Shown here piece by piece: positions 31,619 through 43,800 of a stretch of DNA of 64,000 bases (positions are counted from its first letter, which is position 1; every line of letters begins with the position of its first letter). A program made the position numbers and the translations under genes. The notes beneath the pieces are model-generated. The model was given only the letters and a program-made list of their open reading frames with translations. It did no database searches and was not told the origin of the DNA. The DNA comes from Sedimentisphaerales bacterium. Lineage in GTDB: Bacteria; Planctomycetota; Phycisphaerae; Sedimentisphaerales; SM23-30. The stretch covers positions 224,001 to 288,000 of the forward strand of contig CAXXFK010000006.1 of the NCBI GenBank assembly GCA_963663965.2, in the 5' to 3' direction.

Positions 31619-32238
31619 CAATTGATGGCAAAGAAACATTGTATCTTACATTGGCTTTTGTAGTACCTGGCTTTATTTGGCATTACATTTTAACCTTATT
31701 TCAGCCAAGTAAGACACCCAATAATCAGATGTTATTACTTCGGTTTCTGGCGCTTAGTTGTTTTAATTATGCCATATGGTCATGGCTTGTGTTCAAGTTG
31801 ATAAACACCTCCTATGCCAGGGATAATCGGTCAGAGCTTGCATGGTTATGGACCGTAATTATTTTTATTAGTCCTGCTGGTTTAGGGTTATTAACAGGCT
31901 GTCTAAACCAAATAGGATTTGTAAGAATTGCTTTCAATAAGATGGGATTGATTGCCATGCATTCAATCCCGACTGCATGGGATTATAAGTTCTTTCATAC
32001 GCAAACCTGCGTATGGGTACAAATCCACTTGAAAAATGGCAAAATGATTGCCGGGCTATATGGCTCAGAGTCTTTTGCCTCCTCTGATCCTGAAGAACGC
32101 GATCTTTACCTCCAGAAGGCGGTTAGGATTGATAATGATGGAAATTGGGTGAAACTTGATCGAAGTGATGGTGTATTAATAAAAGGTGATATGATTGAAT
32201 ACATTGAGTTTATTAGAGATAAACAAGGAAACTTATGA
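31615..32238 (+). CDS. DUF6338-like membrane protein
   Basis: FVVPGF N-terminal TMs, PTAWDYKF, SFASSDPEERDLYL. Confidence 0.7.
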   Translation: MTIDGKETLYLTLAFVVPGFIWHYILTLFQPSKTPNNQMLLLRFLALSCFNYAIWSWLVFKLINTSYARDNRSELAWLWTVIIFISPAGLGLLTGCLNQIGFVRIAFNKMGLIAMHSIPTAWDYKFFHTQTCVWVQIHLKNGKMIAGLYGSESFASSDPEERDLYLQKAVRIDNDGNWVKLDRSDGVLIKGDMIEYIEFIRDKQGNL

Positions 32239-32399
32239 TGGCAAAAGACCCAAAACAATCGTCAGCGGAAAATAGAGGTTATCAACCAACTGGCAGAGAA
32301 ATTAAGCCTGGAACAACATCCGGGTATCAACCCCCTAAAAAAGAGGGACCTGAAGGCGGGAATCCTCCAAAAAAAGAAGATACGATTGAAGGAAAATAG
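32235..32399 (+). CDS. 54-aa disordered peptide with repeated GYQP (not in ORF track)
   Basis: ATGA overlap with the upstream stop; RGYQPTG...SGYQPPKK...NPPKK. Confidence 0.55.
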   Translation: MMAKDPKQSSAENRGYQPTGREIKPGTTSGYQPPKKEGPEGGNPPKKEDTIEGK

Positions 32400-32502
32400 T
32401 TCTCATTCAATAGATAAAAATTGGGAATATTGAACAGGGATCAAGCCAAAATAGTATTCAAAAAGCGTTTTGATAAATAACATAATTAAAAAGAGGTGAC
32501 TT

Positions 32503-33972
32503 ATGGAATCGACCATTAAGTGTCCGAATTGTGCGTATCAGATTGAGATAACCGAGGTGATGTCGGCGCAGCTGGCGGAGAAGATGCGGGCCGAGGTAAC
32601 CGAGGAGATGGCCCCGCTGCGTAAGAAGTTGGAGCAGGCCCAGGGCGAGCTGGCCCGGCGCGAGGCGAAACTGGCGGATACCGAAAAGGCGGTGACCGAG
32701 CAGGTACAGGCCCGGCTGGCCGAGCAGGAGAAGAAACTGCTGGCCCGTGCCCGGCAGCAGGCGGTGGATGAGCTGACGGTGGATCTCAAAGACCGGGATG
32801 AGCAGATCAAAGAGATGCAGTTGAAACTGTCGGCGGCCAATAATAAGGAGGTGGACCTGCGCAAGCGGGAACGGGAACTGACCGACCAGCAGGAGCAGAT
32901 GAAAGCCGAGCGAGAGCAGGTGGAAGAGGCCGGCCGTCGAGCCGCCCAGGCTGAAAGGGACCGGATTACGGCCGAGGCCACGCAGAAGGCCCGGGAACAA
33001 CTGGCAGGCGACCTGGCCGCTCAGCGTGAGTCGATGGCCGCTATGGAAGAGCAGCTCAAGGCCGCGCGCCAGGCCGAAAAGGAGCTTTTGCAGCGCGAGA
33101 TGAAGCTGAAAGATCGCGAAGAGGCGGTCGGGCTGGAAACCCAGCGCCAGGTCAGCGCCCTGCGGGACCAGCTGGTGGCCGATACCCGCAAGCAGGCGGC
33201 GGAGGAATATGGCCTGAAAGAGGCAGAACATAACAAGCGGCTGGCCGATTTGAAGGCCCAGCTGGACGATGCCCGCCGCAAGGCCGATCAGGGCTCTCAG
33301 CAGATGCAGGGCGAGGTGATGGAACTGGCCTTGCAGCAGCTGCTGACGGAGAGCTTTCCGGCTGATTCGATCGAAGAGGTGCCCAAGGGCGTCCGGGGCG
33401 GCGATGTGGTCCAGCGGGTGCGGACCGGGGGCGGGCTCGATTGCGGTACGATCTTGTGGGAGTCCAAACGGACGAAAAACTGGTCCAGCCAGTGGCCGGC
33501 CAAACTGCGCGAAGACCAACGCAACGCCAAGGCCGAACTGGCTATTCTGGTCAGCGAGGTTCTGCCCGACGGGGTGGAATATTATCAGCAGCAGGAAGGG
33601 ATCTGGGTGTGCAGCTGGTCCATGGCCGTTTACCTGGCGGCCGCGCTGCGCAACGGGCTGCTCGAAACCGCCAAGGCCCGCCATGCGCTGGAAGGCCGGC
33701 AGACCAAAATGGAACAGGTGTATAGCTACTTGGCCGGCGCCGAGTTCAAGAACCGGGTGGGGGGCTTTATCGAGCCGATTGTCGGCATGAAGACCCAGCT
33801 CGACCAGGAAAAACGCGCCCTGACCAAACACTGGGCCAGCCGCGAAAAAATGCTCGACCAGGCCATCACCGGTATCGCCGGCATGTACGGCGATTTCCAG
33901 GGCATCATCGGCGGCACCCTGCCCCAGATCGAGGCCATGGAGCTGTTGAGGCTGGATGGGGAAACTGTATAA
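32503..33972 (+). CDS. DUF2130-family coiled-coil protein
   Basis: IKCPNC, GSQQMQGEVMEL, VPKGVRGGD, ILWESKRTKNW. Confidence 0.88.
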   Translation: MESTIKCPNCAYQIEITEVMSAQLAEKMRAEVTEEMAPLRKKLEQAQGELARREAKLADTEKAVTEQVQARLAEQEKKLLARARQQAVDELTVDLKDRDEQIKEMQLKLSAANNKEVDLRKRERELTDQQEQMKAEREQVEEAGRRAAQAERDRITAEATQKAREQLAGDLAAQRESMAAMEEQLKAARQAEKELLQREMKLKDREEAVGLETQRQVSALRDQLVADTRKQAAEEYGLKEAEHNKRLADLKAQLDDARRKADQGSQQMQGEVMELALQQLLTESFPADSIEEVPKGVRGGDVVQRVRTGGGLDCGTILWESKRTKNWSSQWPAKLREDQRNAKAELAILVSEVLPDGVEYYQQQEGIWVCSWSMAVYLAAALRNGLLETAKARHALEGRQTKMEQVYSYLAGAEFKNRVGGFIEPIVGMKTQLDQEKRALTKHWASREKMLDQAITGIAGMYGDFQGIIGGTLPQIEAMELLRLDGETV

Positions 33973-33989
33973 AAACAGAAAGGTGAGTT

Positions 33990-35689
33990 ATGTTAACCAG
34001 AATCGAAATCGAAAACTTTAAAGGCATTGGCGACCTGATATCGGTGCCGATCAAACCCATAACACTGCTTTTCGGCGCCAACAGCGCCGCAAAAGCACGA
34101 TTATGCATGCGTTGCATTATGTGAGCGAGATACTCGAACGGCAGAATGTCGATGTTGGCAGAACGGCCCGGGGCGGCAACAGCATTGATCTGGGTGGATT
34201 TGCCGAACTGGTTCATAAAAAAGACCTCAATCGGACTATATCCATTCGGTTGGAGTTTGAGTTAGAAGATGAGTCTCTGAAAGATTATTTGTCAGACGAT
34301 AAGTATGTCAATACATTTGAGATTCGTTTTGAAGAAGATAGTGCTCCTTTGGGGGATACTGATTATCAGTTTACTCCGGTTCAATCGTTTTGGGTTGAAT
34401 TAGAGGTCGGTTTTAGCCATTTTATAAAACAACCGAATGTGACAAGATATTCAACAGGTATTAATGGAAAACGGTTGGCAACATTGCACTACAAGCCGGG
34501 TAGTTTTTATGCCGATATCGAAAGTATCAATGAAGAACATGAGGTATTCAGGGTAGACAGTGCGCCTTTTGGTAATCCCGGAGGTGGAATCTCTGTGAAT
34601 ATTGCCACCAGCGCTTATGCCCGATGCGGATCACAAGCACCTTCGTCAAAATTATCCAATGCCCCGTTGCAGTTCAAAACCAATGCGATTCATGGCGCAT
34701 TGCCCCGATTGAATGAAATTCTTGAGTTCCCAGGTTTAGTGCCGGATCCTTCCATGTATGAATCAGGGACGATAATTCCTCGCATGACGAAAAAAGACCA
34801 GGATGAATATGAGGGACAGGATGCCTATGTCGCCGGTAAGGTGTTGATGAGGTTGCTGACTCAATACCTAGTGGCGCCGGCGGAATATGCCCGGGATTTT
34901 CTGAAAGGGATACGATATGTTGGCCCCTTACGAACGGTTCCGCCAGCCAACTATTATAAGCCAAGAGTGATTGAAGAATCTCGCTGGGCTGATGGTATGG
35001 CAGTTTGGGATTTACTTGGGACAGCTGGTAAAGAGGCGTTTTCATATGAGTTAAGTGAGTGGTTGAGCCGCGAGGATCGACTTAATACTGGTTATGAGAT
35101 GATTGTTACTTCTGTTCGGGAAATCGATCAAAAAACTCAGGACTGGATGATGCGTACTGAATGGGAACAGGAGGATTCTAGTGTTGAGAAGGAAGCGATA
35201 GTCGATTTAGACCGCATACCAGTCAGGAAAAAGGTTCAGCTTTACGACATGCCTAGAGATACCTATGTTTGTCCCAATGCGGTGGGGATTGGCATATCGC
35301 AGGTGATTCCGGTAATCGGTGCAATTGTGGCTGATGGCGCCTCATTGGTTCAAGTTGAACAGCCGGAATTGCATCTGCACCCAACCCAGCAGGCCGCACT
35401 GGGCGATTTACTGATCGCGGGTGTCAGGCAACATAATAAATTGTTGTTCATTGAAACCCATAGCGAGCATTTGATTCTGAGACTTCTTCGCCGAATTCGG
35501 GAAACTTCTAAGGAAATGGTTCCTGATGCCATGTTAAGTCTGTCTCCTGAGGATGTGGCGGTTTTATATCTTCAATCTAAAAACGGCCAAACCAGAATAA
35601 GAGTTATCGATGTTGATAATAATGGCGATTTTGTTCAGCCCTGGCCGGATGACTTTTTTGATCAGGATTTTCATGAGAGGTTTGCCTGA
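33990..35689 (+). CDS. ABC-type (AAA_15/21-like) ATPase with DUF3696-like C-terminus (frameshift in Walker A near 34089)
   Basis: IEIENFKGI, FGANSA[G]KST, GIGISQVIP, EQPELHLHP, IETHSEH, WPDDFFDQ. Confidence 0.85.
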
Positions 35690-36660
35690 TGTATACTGAA
35701 ATTGCGTTTACACCACATATATTTGATGAAGATTGCAATACTGACAATGAAAAGTGGTACTTGGGAATATATAATTTGGGCCAAGGATTATTACCTAAAA
35801 CGGCTGCAGAGCCAATCATTTTGTCAGATATTTATGGCGGTAGTTGTTTGAATGAGGCAGTTGCAAATATAAGCAGAATTAAAGACCACCGAGTTAGAGT
35901 CTTAGCGCAATCCTGTGCGCAAAAAATGAGTAAGTTATCTGTTATAAGGCCCTCAGAAAGCGATTGGCCACAAAGTGAGCAGGATTGGTTAGGCGAATGT
36001 GAAAATTCATTTGTTAACTTTCCAATGGGAAGGGTGTTGATTAGTAATTCTCATCACCAACATATTATTACCCAGATGCCAGCATTTTCTATTTATGATC
36101 CGGCGGATGACCAGAGCGGATTCTGGAATGATATTCAAAGCCAGGGCAGGGTGAATATGAACCTTGATGATCAGGTGAACCTTTTGAGGCCAATCTGTGT
36201 TCATGCAGACTATATTGCTATTAAATCACCACAGATTAGGGGGGGCAGCGACGATGAAACGGTATTTGCGGCCAGAATCATTCAATCTGCCCTTAATAGG
36301 CCAACCAATTATCCAGAAATCAAAGTGATCGAGTTTCATCTGGATGATCAACACAATTCGAATCATGATAACTCTGTAATTAACATAATCCAACTAGTGC
36401 GGCGAATTACTGCTAAATCCAATACAGGTCTGAAAATTAACTTCTATTTCTGGCCCCATTACACGGATCGGGAGCTGGTGGCTGGTCTATTAAAAAATGG
36501 CATTAAAAGCCCCCGTTGGGGTATCAGTATGAATCACATTGCCAGACCGGCCGACACCAGTGGATCTACGACATGGAATATAATTGCCCAGAAGAATTTA
36601 GATGATATTGCGAATACGAGTGATACCCAGATATTTGATATGAAGGAAGATAATCTTTAA
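35689..36660 (+). CDS. Hypothetical protein coupled to the ATPase
   Basis: 323-aa ORF with TGATG overlap; no family recognised. Confidence 0.7.
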   Translation: MYTEIAFTPHIFDEDCNTDNEKWYLGIYNLGQGLLPKTAAEPIILSDIYGGSCLNEAVANISRIKDHRVRVLAQSCAQKMSKLSVIRPSESDWPQSEQDWLGECENSFVNFPMGRVLISNSHHQHIITQMPAFSIYDPADDQSGFWNDIQSQGRVNMNLDDQVNLLRPICVHADYIAIKSPQIRGGSDDETVFAARIIQSALNRPTNYPEIKVIEFHLDDQHNSNHDNSVINIIQLVRRITAKSNTGLKINFYFWPHYTDRELVAGLLKNGIKSPRWGISMNHIARPADTSGSTTWNIIAQKNLDDIANTSDTQIFDMKEDNL

Positions 36661-36742
36661 TCGTCATTTAAGTTTAAGAACAAAATATTTTATGTGTAAA
36701 GAAATACTCTGTTAAATGTTAATATTTATTTGAGGTGAGCAC

Positions 36743-39700
36743 ATGGCGACTTATAGTGAGTGGAATAGTTGGTTAACTGATTACTTCTTTAATTGTAACA
36801 AATCAAATAAAGAGGTCTTTCTTGCTGTTTGTCCAGAAGTGATAAATGAGATCGGACAAATTAACAATATTAAATCACCGGATGATGATTTTATTAATGC
36901 TATACGAAATTGTGATTTGCGGAAACCTCTACACAGCAATATGATACAAACTGCTGATGATTTACGCTCAGAACATAAAAATACATCCTATTCTGGTGAT
37001 CCCAAGTATGTCGCCTTTTTATCCTTCTTGGTATATTGCATATCCATATCGCCTAATCTAACTGGTAAGAATCAAATCCCTGATTTAGAAAAGAAACTTA
37101 ATGAGTCTGGTTTAAGAGAATTTTATAATGATCGAGTTCCAGGTATATGGGGAGCGCTGGAAAAGTGGACCCGGATTAATCAATTTGAAAAAGGAAGGTT
37201 TAATGCAATACATATTCCGCATTATAAGAACGTTGGCTACGCTTTTAGGCAGGCCTTATTTAGGAAAAGTGATCACAAATTAATTGAGGATGCGCTAGCT
37301 AAATCGAAAGTGTCAGCAGGTCTCGAATTGGATAAGATTCAAGCACGAAAAATATTAGCCAACCTACCAAGTGGAACCCGGCTAGCACAATTATTTCAAA
37401 AAAGTACTGATACCGAAATTAAAGAATATTTAATTCAAAGAGTTTTCGATGTATATAATACTCCCCAAAAACTGGACAAAAAAACGGTGATTTTTAGATG
37501 GAATTGCCGCCTGAACCGATTGAATAATTCGTATTCAGGAGACAGTTTTAATGAAAGGCAAACGGCGAAATCACAGTGCCCAGTTTAAGGCGAAAGTGGC
37601 CCTGGCCGCCCTGAAGGGCGACAAGACGCTGGCGGAGTTGGCCAAGGTTTACCAGGTACACCCGACTCAGGTTACCCAGTGGAAAAAGGAGCTTTTGAAT
37701 GCCTTGCCGGAGATCTTTTCTCTGAGGCGCCACCAGGATCAGCGCGAGCAGCAGGCTTTGGTGGATCAGTTATATCAGCAGATCGGCCAACTCACGATGG
37801 AGTTGGACTGGCTTAAAAAAAAATCCGGGCTTGACACTTGAGCAGAAGCGCCTGGCGATAGAGCCGGGCCATCCCCGGATTCCGATCGATCGTCAGTGTG
37901 AACTGCTGGGCCTGGCCCGCAGTAGTTACTATTATCGTCCCTGCCGGGACACGGAGTACCATGAGAGTCTGATGCGGCTATTGGATGAACAATACCTCAA
38001 AACCCCTTGTTACGGGGTTGACAAGATGACGCAGTGGCTGCGTCGTCAAGGCCACATCGTCAATCCGAAGCGCGTGCGCCGTTTGCTCCGGCTGATGGGC
38101 TTAGAAGCGATTTATCCGCGCGTTAAGCGGCATTTGAGCCAACCGGACCCGGCCCACAAGATTTATCCCTACCTGCTTGATGGGGTGGTGGTTACCCGGC
38201 CGAACCAGGTCTGGTCGACCGATATTACCTATATCCGCATGTCTCAGGGCTGGGTGTACTTAACGGCGGTCATGGATTGGTTCAGCCGTTATGTGTTAAG
38301 CTGGGAAGTTTCGATCACGCTGGAGGCCGATTTTTGCGTATCGGCGTTGGAGCAGGCGCTGGGCCAGGGCACCCCGGAGATCTTCAATACGGATCAGGGC
38401 AGCCAATTTACATCAGTGGATTTTATCCGGCCCTTGAAAGATGCCGGGATTTTAATCAGCATGGATGGCCGGGGCCGGGTATTTGACAACATATTTGTCG
38501 AACGGTTATGGCGTTCGGTCAAGGTGGAGGAGGTCTATCTGCGAGATTACCAGACGGTGGCCGAGGCGGTGTTAGGCCTGGGCCGCTATTTTGAGTTTTA
38601 CAATCATGAACGGCTGCACGAGGCCCTGGGATACCTTACCCCGGCCGAGGTGTTCGCCGGGGCTGTCGCCCCTCCAGTCGCCCTCCGGGCTCCTTCCGGG
38701 GCGACAGCCCCCACCGTGGCGATAACTCCATCTAAGAAAGTCAATATTTTTGTCTAGACAATGGGGAGGGGTACAGTATACAATAAATGGGATGGGTCTG
38801 TCGGCGATAATTCAAGCAAATCGACATATCAACTTACACTTGTTCTGCGAGTTAACGATTTTGATGAAAATGTGATGTTTCGAGCAAAAATACGCAATCC
38901 TGAAAATATTGGATTAGAAAACTTTGGTACGTTTAATTTTAAAAACAATTATAGCATATCATATTATGATGAGTATTGGTCAGAACAGTTATTGGATGGA
39001 GAATATGCTTATAATGCGATCGAGCTACTTACGACAAAAATTGAATTAACGAGCGAAGAAAATGGAGTTATAGTCCAGTCTGCAGATTATAATACACCAA
39101 TCATTTTCGATAATGGCGAGCATTATGGTGCAATGGGCTATTGGGTAGAAACTAATAATCCAAAATCAGATGAATTTTTAATTTTATCGAGAGATGAATT
39201 ATTGGGAGACGCATTTCAATTGCTTTCTTATGATGGTGTGCCAAAAGACTGGAATCTATTCATAATTAATTATAATAATTATCTGCATGGCTCAGATGAT
39301 CCATTAGGCATTAAGGATAAGGTAACGTTTAAAGAAATTAATAAAAAAGTGACAATTGATGGTTTCCATTTTAATGGAAAATATTTTAGGTTTTTACCCC
39401 CAAGAATAAAAGTAGCTCCAGATGTAAGTGAAATATTCTGTAATGATATTAAAATATTCATTGATGAAAAAACAGGAAATTATGATATATCAAACCATAT
39501 AACAGACGATGTTTATGTGATCAATATAAAAGCATTATGTGGTAATGAATTTGAGGAACATAAAATCGAGTTTGTAAAATCTTTATTAAATGAAATCACA
39601 AATGATCATTCTTTAGATGCATCTGGCCAAGCATCTAAGGTGAGCAACGGTATCTTTGGTGCAAACCTGACAGATAAGGATTATCAACCGCCTGGTTATC

Positions 39701-40809
39701 CTAAACCTAAAAATAAAATATTATACAACAAAGCATTTACAGTTGAATCAAAGGTACATATTCCTAAAATTCCCAATACTATACCTACCTTGAATACCGA
39801 CATTTTGCAAATAGTTAGACAGAGAAAGGGGAATAGGATTACTGATAGAGAGTTACGATCTTCGATTAAGGAATTAATTTATTATAAATGCGGTGTAGTC
39901 GAACCTGATCCCACCAATTTCATAATTAGTGTGTTAGTAGATCTTGGGAACCTGGAGTATTCCAATAATTATTATTACCTAACTTCAACGTCTTTTATTC
40001 AGAAGATTTCAAAAAGCAATGAAGCTTTTCTAACCGGCTGGCGAGATGAATCACTGTTGCACAATATTATAGATCAATCCCAAAGATGTAAAGATGTTAG
40101 TATAGTATTTGATAATAATTATACGCTTAATAATGATTATGTATTAAAAAACAATTGGATGAATCTATTACCTACTCCGATTAATCTGATCGCCAAAGAT
40201 GAGGATATTTTATATCGATTTCTGAAAGAATTTCAATATTCCAATAATTCTAATTCATGGAGTATTCTAAATTGGTCACATGACAAAAAAACAGTATTAA
40301 ACAATATTCAGGATGGATGGACAATCAGAAATCTAGGTAATACGGCCAAGTATCAGTCCTTTAATTTTAAAACGTTGGGGTGGGAAAATGGTCGGTCAAA
40401 GGAGGACTGTCTCTACGGCCTGTATCGAGAAAAACGCTTTGATGGTGAACATTATTTTCTAGTGAAAGATGAGTATATCAACCGAATCAATCTCGATTGG
40501 GGTATGAATATTTATTTAAGTGAGCTCAAATATTTCAGTTTATTTTATGATGAATTCAAAAAAGTATTGTTATGCCCATATAAATGCAAATTACCACTTC
40601 TGGTAAGCCGAGGGCTTGCTCTTTGCAGTGGATTAGTACAAGAACTTCATGGTAATTATTTAGAAACTGGCAATAGCTATTTGGGGCGATTTCGAAGTAT
40701 CCGTGAAATAGGATGGCATAATAAGTGGTTTATTGCCTATCGATCAGTACCGTGGCCAATCGCTCAGAAAGTCGCAGAAATGTCAGGAAGACAAATGGAT
40801 AAGATTTAA
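36743..40809 (+). pseudogene. DruH-like protein (Druantia type III) split by IS3
   Basis: Removing 37454-38778 fuses VFDV to YNKWDG in frame (~913 aa). N-terminus Y..WN..L..YFF....VFL; directly precedes a DUF1998 helicase. Confidence 0.65.
37454..38775 (+). mobile_element. IS3 family element, 1322 bp, with 3-bp target duplication GTA
   Basis: OrfA 37551-37841 and OrfB 37831-38757 (WSTDITY, DQGSQF, ERLWRSVK), A-run slippery site near 37815, imperfect 26-bp TIRs, GTA at 37451-37453 and 38776-38778. Confidence 0.95.
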
Positions 40810-43800
40810 TGGAGATAGTTATGCAATCGGACCCAATAACAAATGCAGAGAAGATAAAAGAGAGTATCATCAGGTATGTCAATACGACTTTTAATGTTAG
40901 ATACAAATCATTTGTCGAGGAACGAGAGCGTTTACTTAAAAAGGAAGGAACTATTGGTAAGATACCATGGTTTGAATTAATTCCTCAATATAAAACCAGT
41001 AAAAAAATTGATGATATAACGAATGATGATGTCAAAATGGATCCTCAAGTAATTGATCGATTTAAAGAATTCGTAAAATGTGGATTAATTGGTGATTATC
41101 CATTGTACATGCACCAATTAGAAACACTTCAAAAAGCATCTAAGGGGCAAAATGTTATTATCACTGCCGGAACCGGTTCGGGTAAAACGGAATCATTTCT
41201 TTTACCGATTTTCTCTCAACTTATTGAAGAGTCAATAAATTGGCAATCTCCATCTAGAACGGCATTTCATCAATGGTGGCGGAATGATTCTGGTGAGCGT
41301 ATTAACCAGAGACATTATGAACATCGCCCGAGTGCAATAAGAGCATTAATCATATATCCCATGAATGCACTCGTTGAAGATCAGATGGCTCGATTGAGAA
41401 AAGCAGTTTGTTCAAATAAAGCCGAGCAGTGGTTCTCTAAACATTTAAATGGAAACAGATTTTATATTGCTAGATATAACAGTAATACTCCAGTATCAGG
41501 ATATCCTAATGAAAAAACAAAACAAAAAGAATTAAAAAGACAACTAAGAGATCTAGAGAAAAATTTGGAGCAAGCAAGAATATATGATCATACCTATAAC
41601 AAAGGAGCACAGTATTATTTTCCACAAATTGACAGAGCTGAAATGTGCAGTCGTTGGGACGTTCAAGAGTGCCCACCGGATATTCTAATTACGAATTCAA
41701 GCATGCTCAGCGTAATGATGATGCGGGAGATAGAAGACGATATATTTGAAAAAACTAAAAAATGGCTTGAGGAATATGATAATGCTATTTTTAATCTTGT
41801 AATCGATGAATTACATCTTTATCGAGGTACGGCAGGAACAGAAGTATCATATTTAATTAGACTATTATTATATCGTTTGGGTTTAACTCCGGATAGCCCA
41901 AAATTGAGAATTTTGGCTTCAAGCGCATCAATTGAACCAGATAGTGATAGCATCAAATATTTGGATGAATTTTTTGGATCAAAATGGAATCCAGAAAATA
42001 TTGTTTCGGGTAGCTATGAAAATCAACGCGTGCTTTTCGCTAAAAAGTTAGATGTATATCAGTTGGCTGGCCTTAGACAAAATGAAATACCAAAAGATGC
42101 TACACATTGGGATGCTGACTTTTTCCGACAAGCATTATATAGCGGTTTTCAAGGTAAGACTGCTATCAGTGCGTTAGAATTCAGTCGAAATATTTTTGGA
42201 GAGCATGATGATCACATGCTTATTAATGGTTTGAAAGCTTTCTTAAGATTGCGAATGAAACTAAGAGATTCCAGGATTCCTTCTATCAGAGTTCACTATC
42301 TCTTCAGAAATATTGAGGGTATTTGGGGGACAGCCAAACCCGCAGGTATCGATAAGTGTACGGTGGGAATGATATCCCTAAGAAAAACACCCTATATTAA
42401 GCAGAATGGTGAATATTTACGAGCTTTTGAATTATTATATTGTGAATATTGTGGCAGTTTGTTTTTCGGTGGAATGCGTTGCGGTAACGATCATGAGTTT
42501 GATATGTTACCTGATAATTACGATTTAGAAAAAGCACCTTGGAAACCAATTGAAACTTATACTGGTAGCAAGAGTTATGAAGATTATGCTGTTTTCTGGC
42601 CAATGGAGAATGCTGTTAAAAATTTTTCAGTAAAAGGCAAAAAAGTGGAGGGGGGTTGGAGAAAGGCTTTATTAGATCCATATCTAGGGCGTGTTATGCC
42701 AAGTGATGAGGTTGAAGAACGCGAAAGAAGAGAGAAATTGATTAACGGTTATGTCTATGTGGCTAAAAATTCAGATCTTCATAACAAAGCAATGCCGCAA
42801 ACATGTCCATTTTGTGGGATTTATAAAGCAAAAGCCAGGCCAATCAGAGCATTCAATGCTGGTTTTAGTCATATGGCGAAAAATTTAATTCGTGAGTTAT
42901 TCTATTTGTTAGAAGAAAGAAAGCTAATTGTATTTTCAGATAGTAGAGAGGCCGCAGCTAGTATAGCAAATGGAGTGGAAAGATGGCATTATATAGATTT
43001 AATGAGAGAGATACTTATCCAAATTGCTGCCGAATCAGAAAGGAATCGACCAGAAAAGATAAAAGTATTAGAGGACGAATTAATTTATTATCAGAATGAG
43101 ATTAATAAAACACAAGTTCCTGAAAGCCAAAAAAAAGAATATCTCAATAAAATTCCTTTGTGGCAGGAAAAAATCGAAAGACTTAAAAATGAGAATGTGA
43201 TGTGGTTTGATGAGGCGGTATTATCGATCGAGAATTCCGATTTAGTTAAGAAGTTTATGGATATAGGAGCAAATCCTGCCGGCAGCGATATACAATATCA
43301 AAAATTTAATAATGAAAATCAAAAATGGAATATTATCTTAGATAAAATAATAAAAAAATCATTAAAATCTGAACATGATATGAGTGAATTCAAATATCGC
43401 TATATACCAAAGATTAAAGAAGAAATATCAACAACATTATACGGAAGAACGTTTTGGGGATTTGAGCCTTTTGGGATTGGTTATCTTGTACCTCACGAAC
43501 TAAATAGTATTAATCCATACAACATAGCAGAACAAGATTATCGTGAAATTATTTATAGTTGTATTCGAATTTTAGGTATTAACCATTATTATGAGACTAT
43601 TAGTAATGAGTTGTGGTGCAATTTCAATATCGGAGAAGGAAATGAAATCAATAACTATTTGAAATCAGTGGCTCAAAAATATCTAATAACCGATAAAGCG
43701 GGATTCGAAGATCACATTAAACGACATTTTGTGATTAGCGGATCACGCTTAGGGCTAAAACTGGAGAGGTATGGTCTGAGACTTATTGATGCTTCTTCGC

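Noticed and set aside
32458..33831. 457-aa minus-strand ORF
   Set aside because: Antisense shadow of the GC-rich DUF2130 gene.
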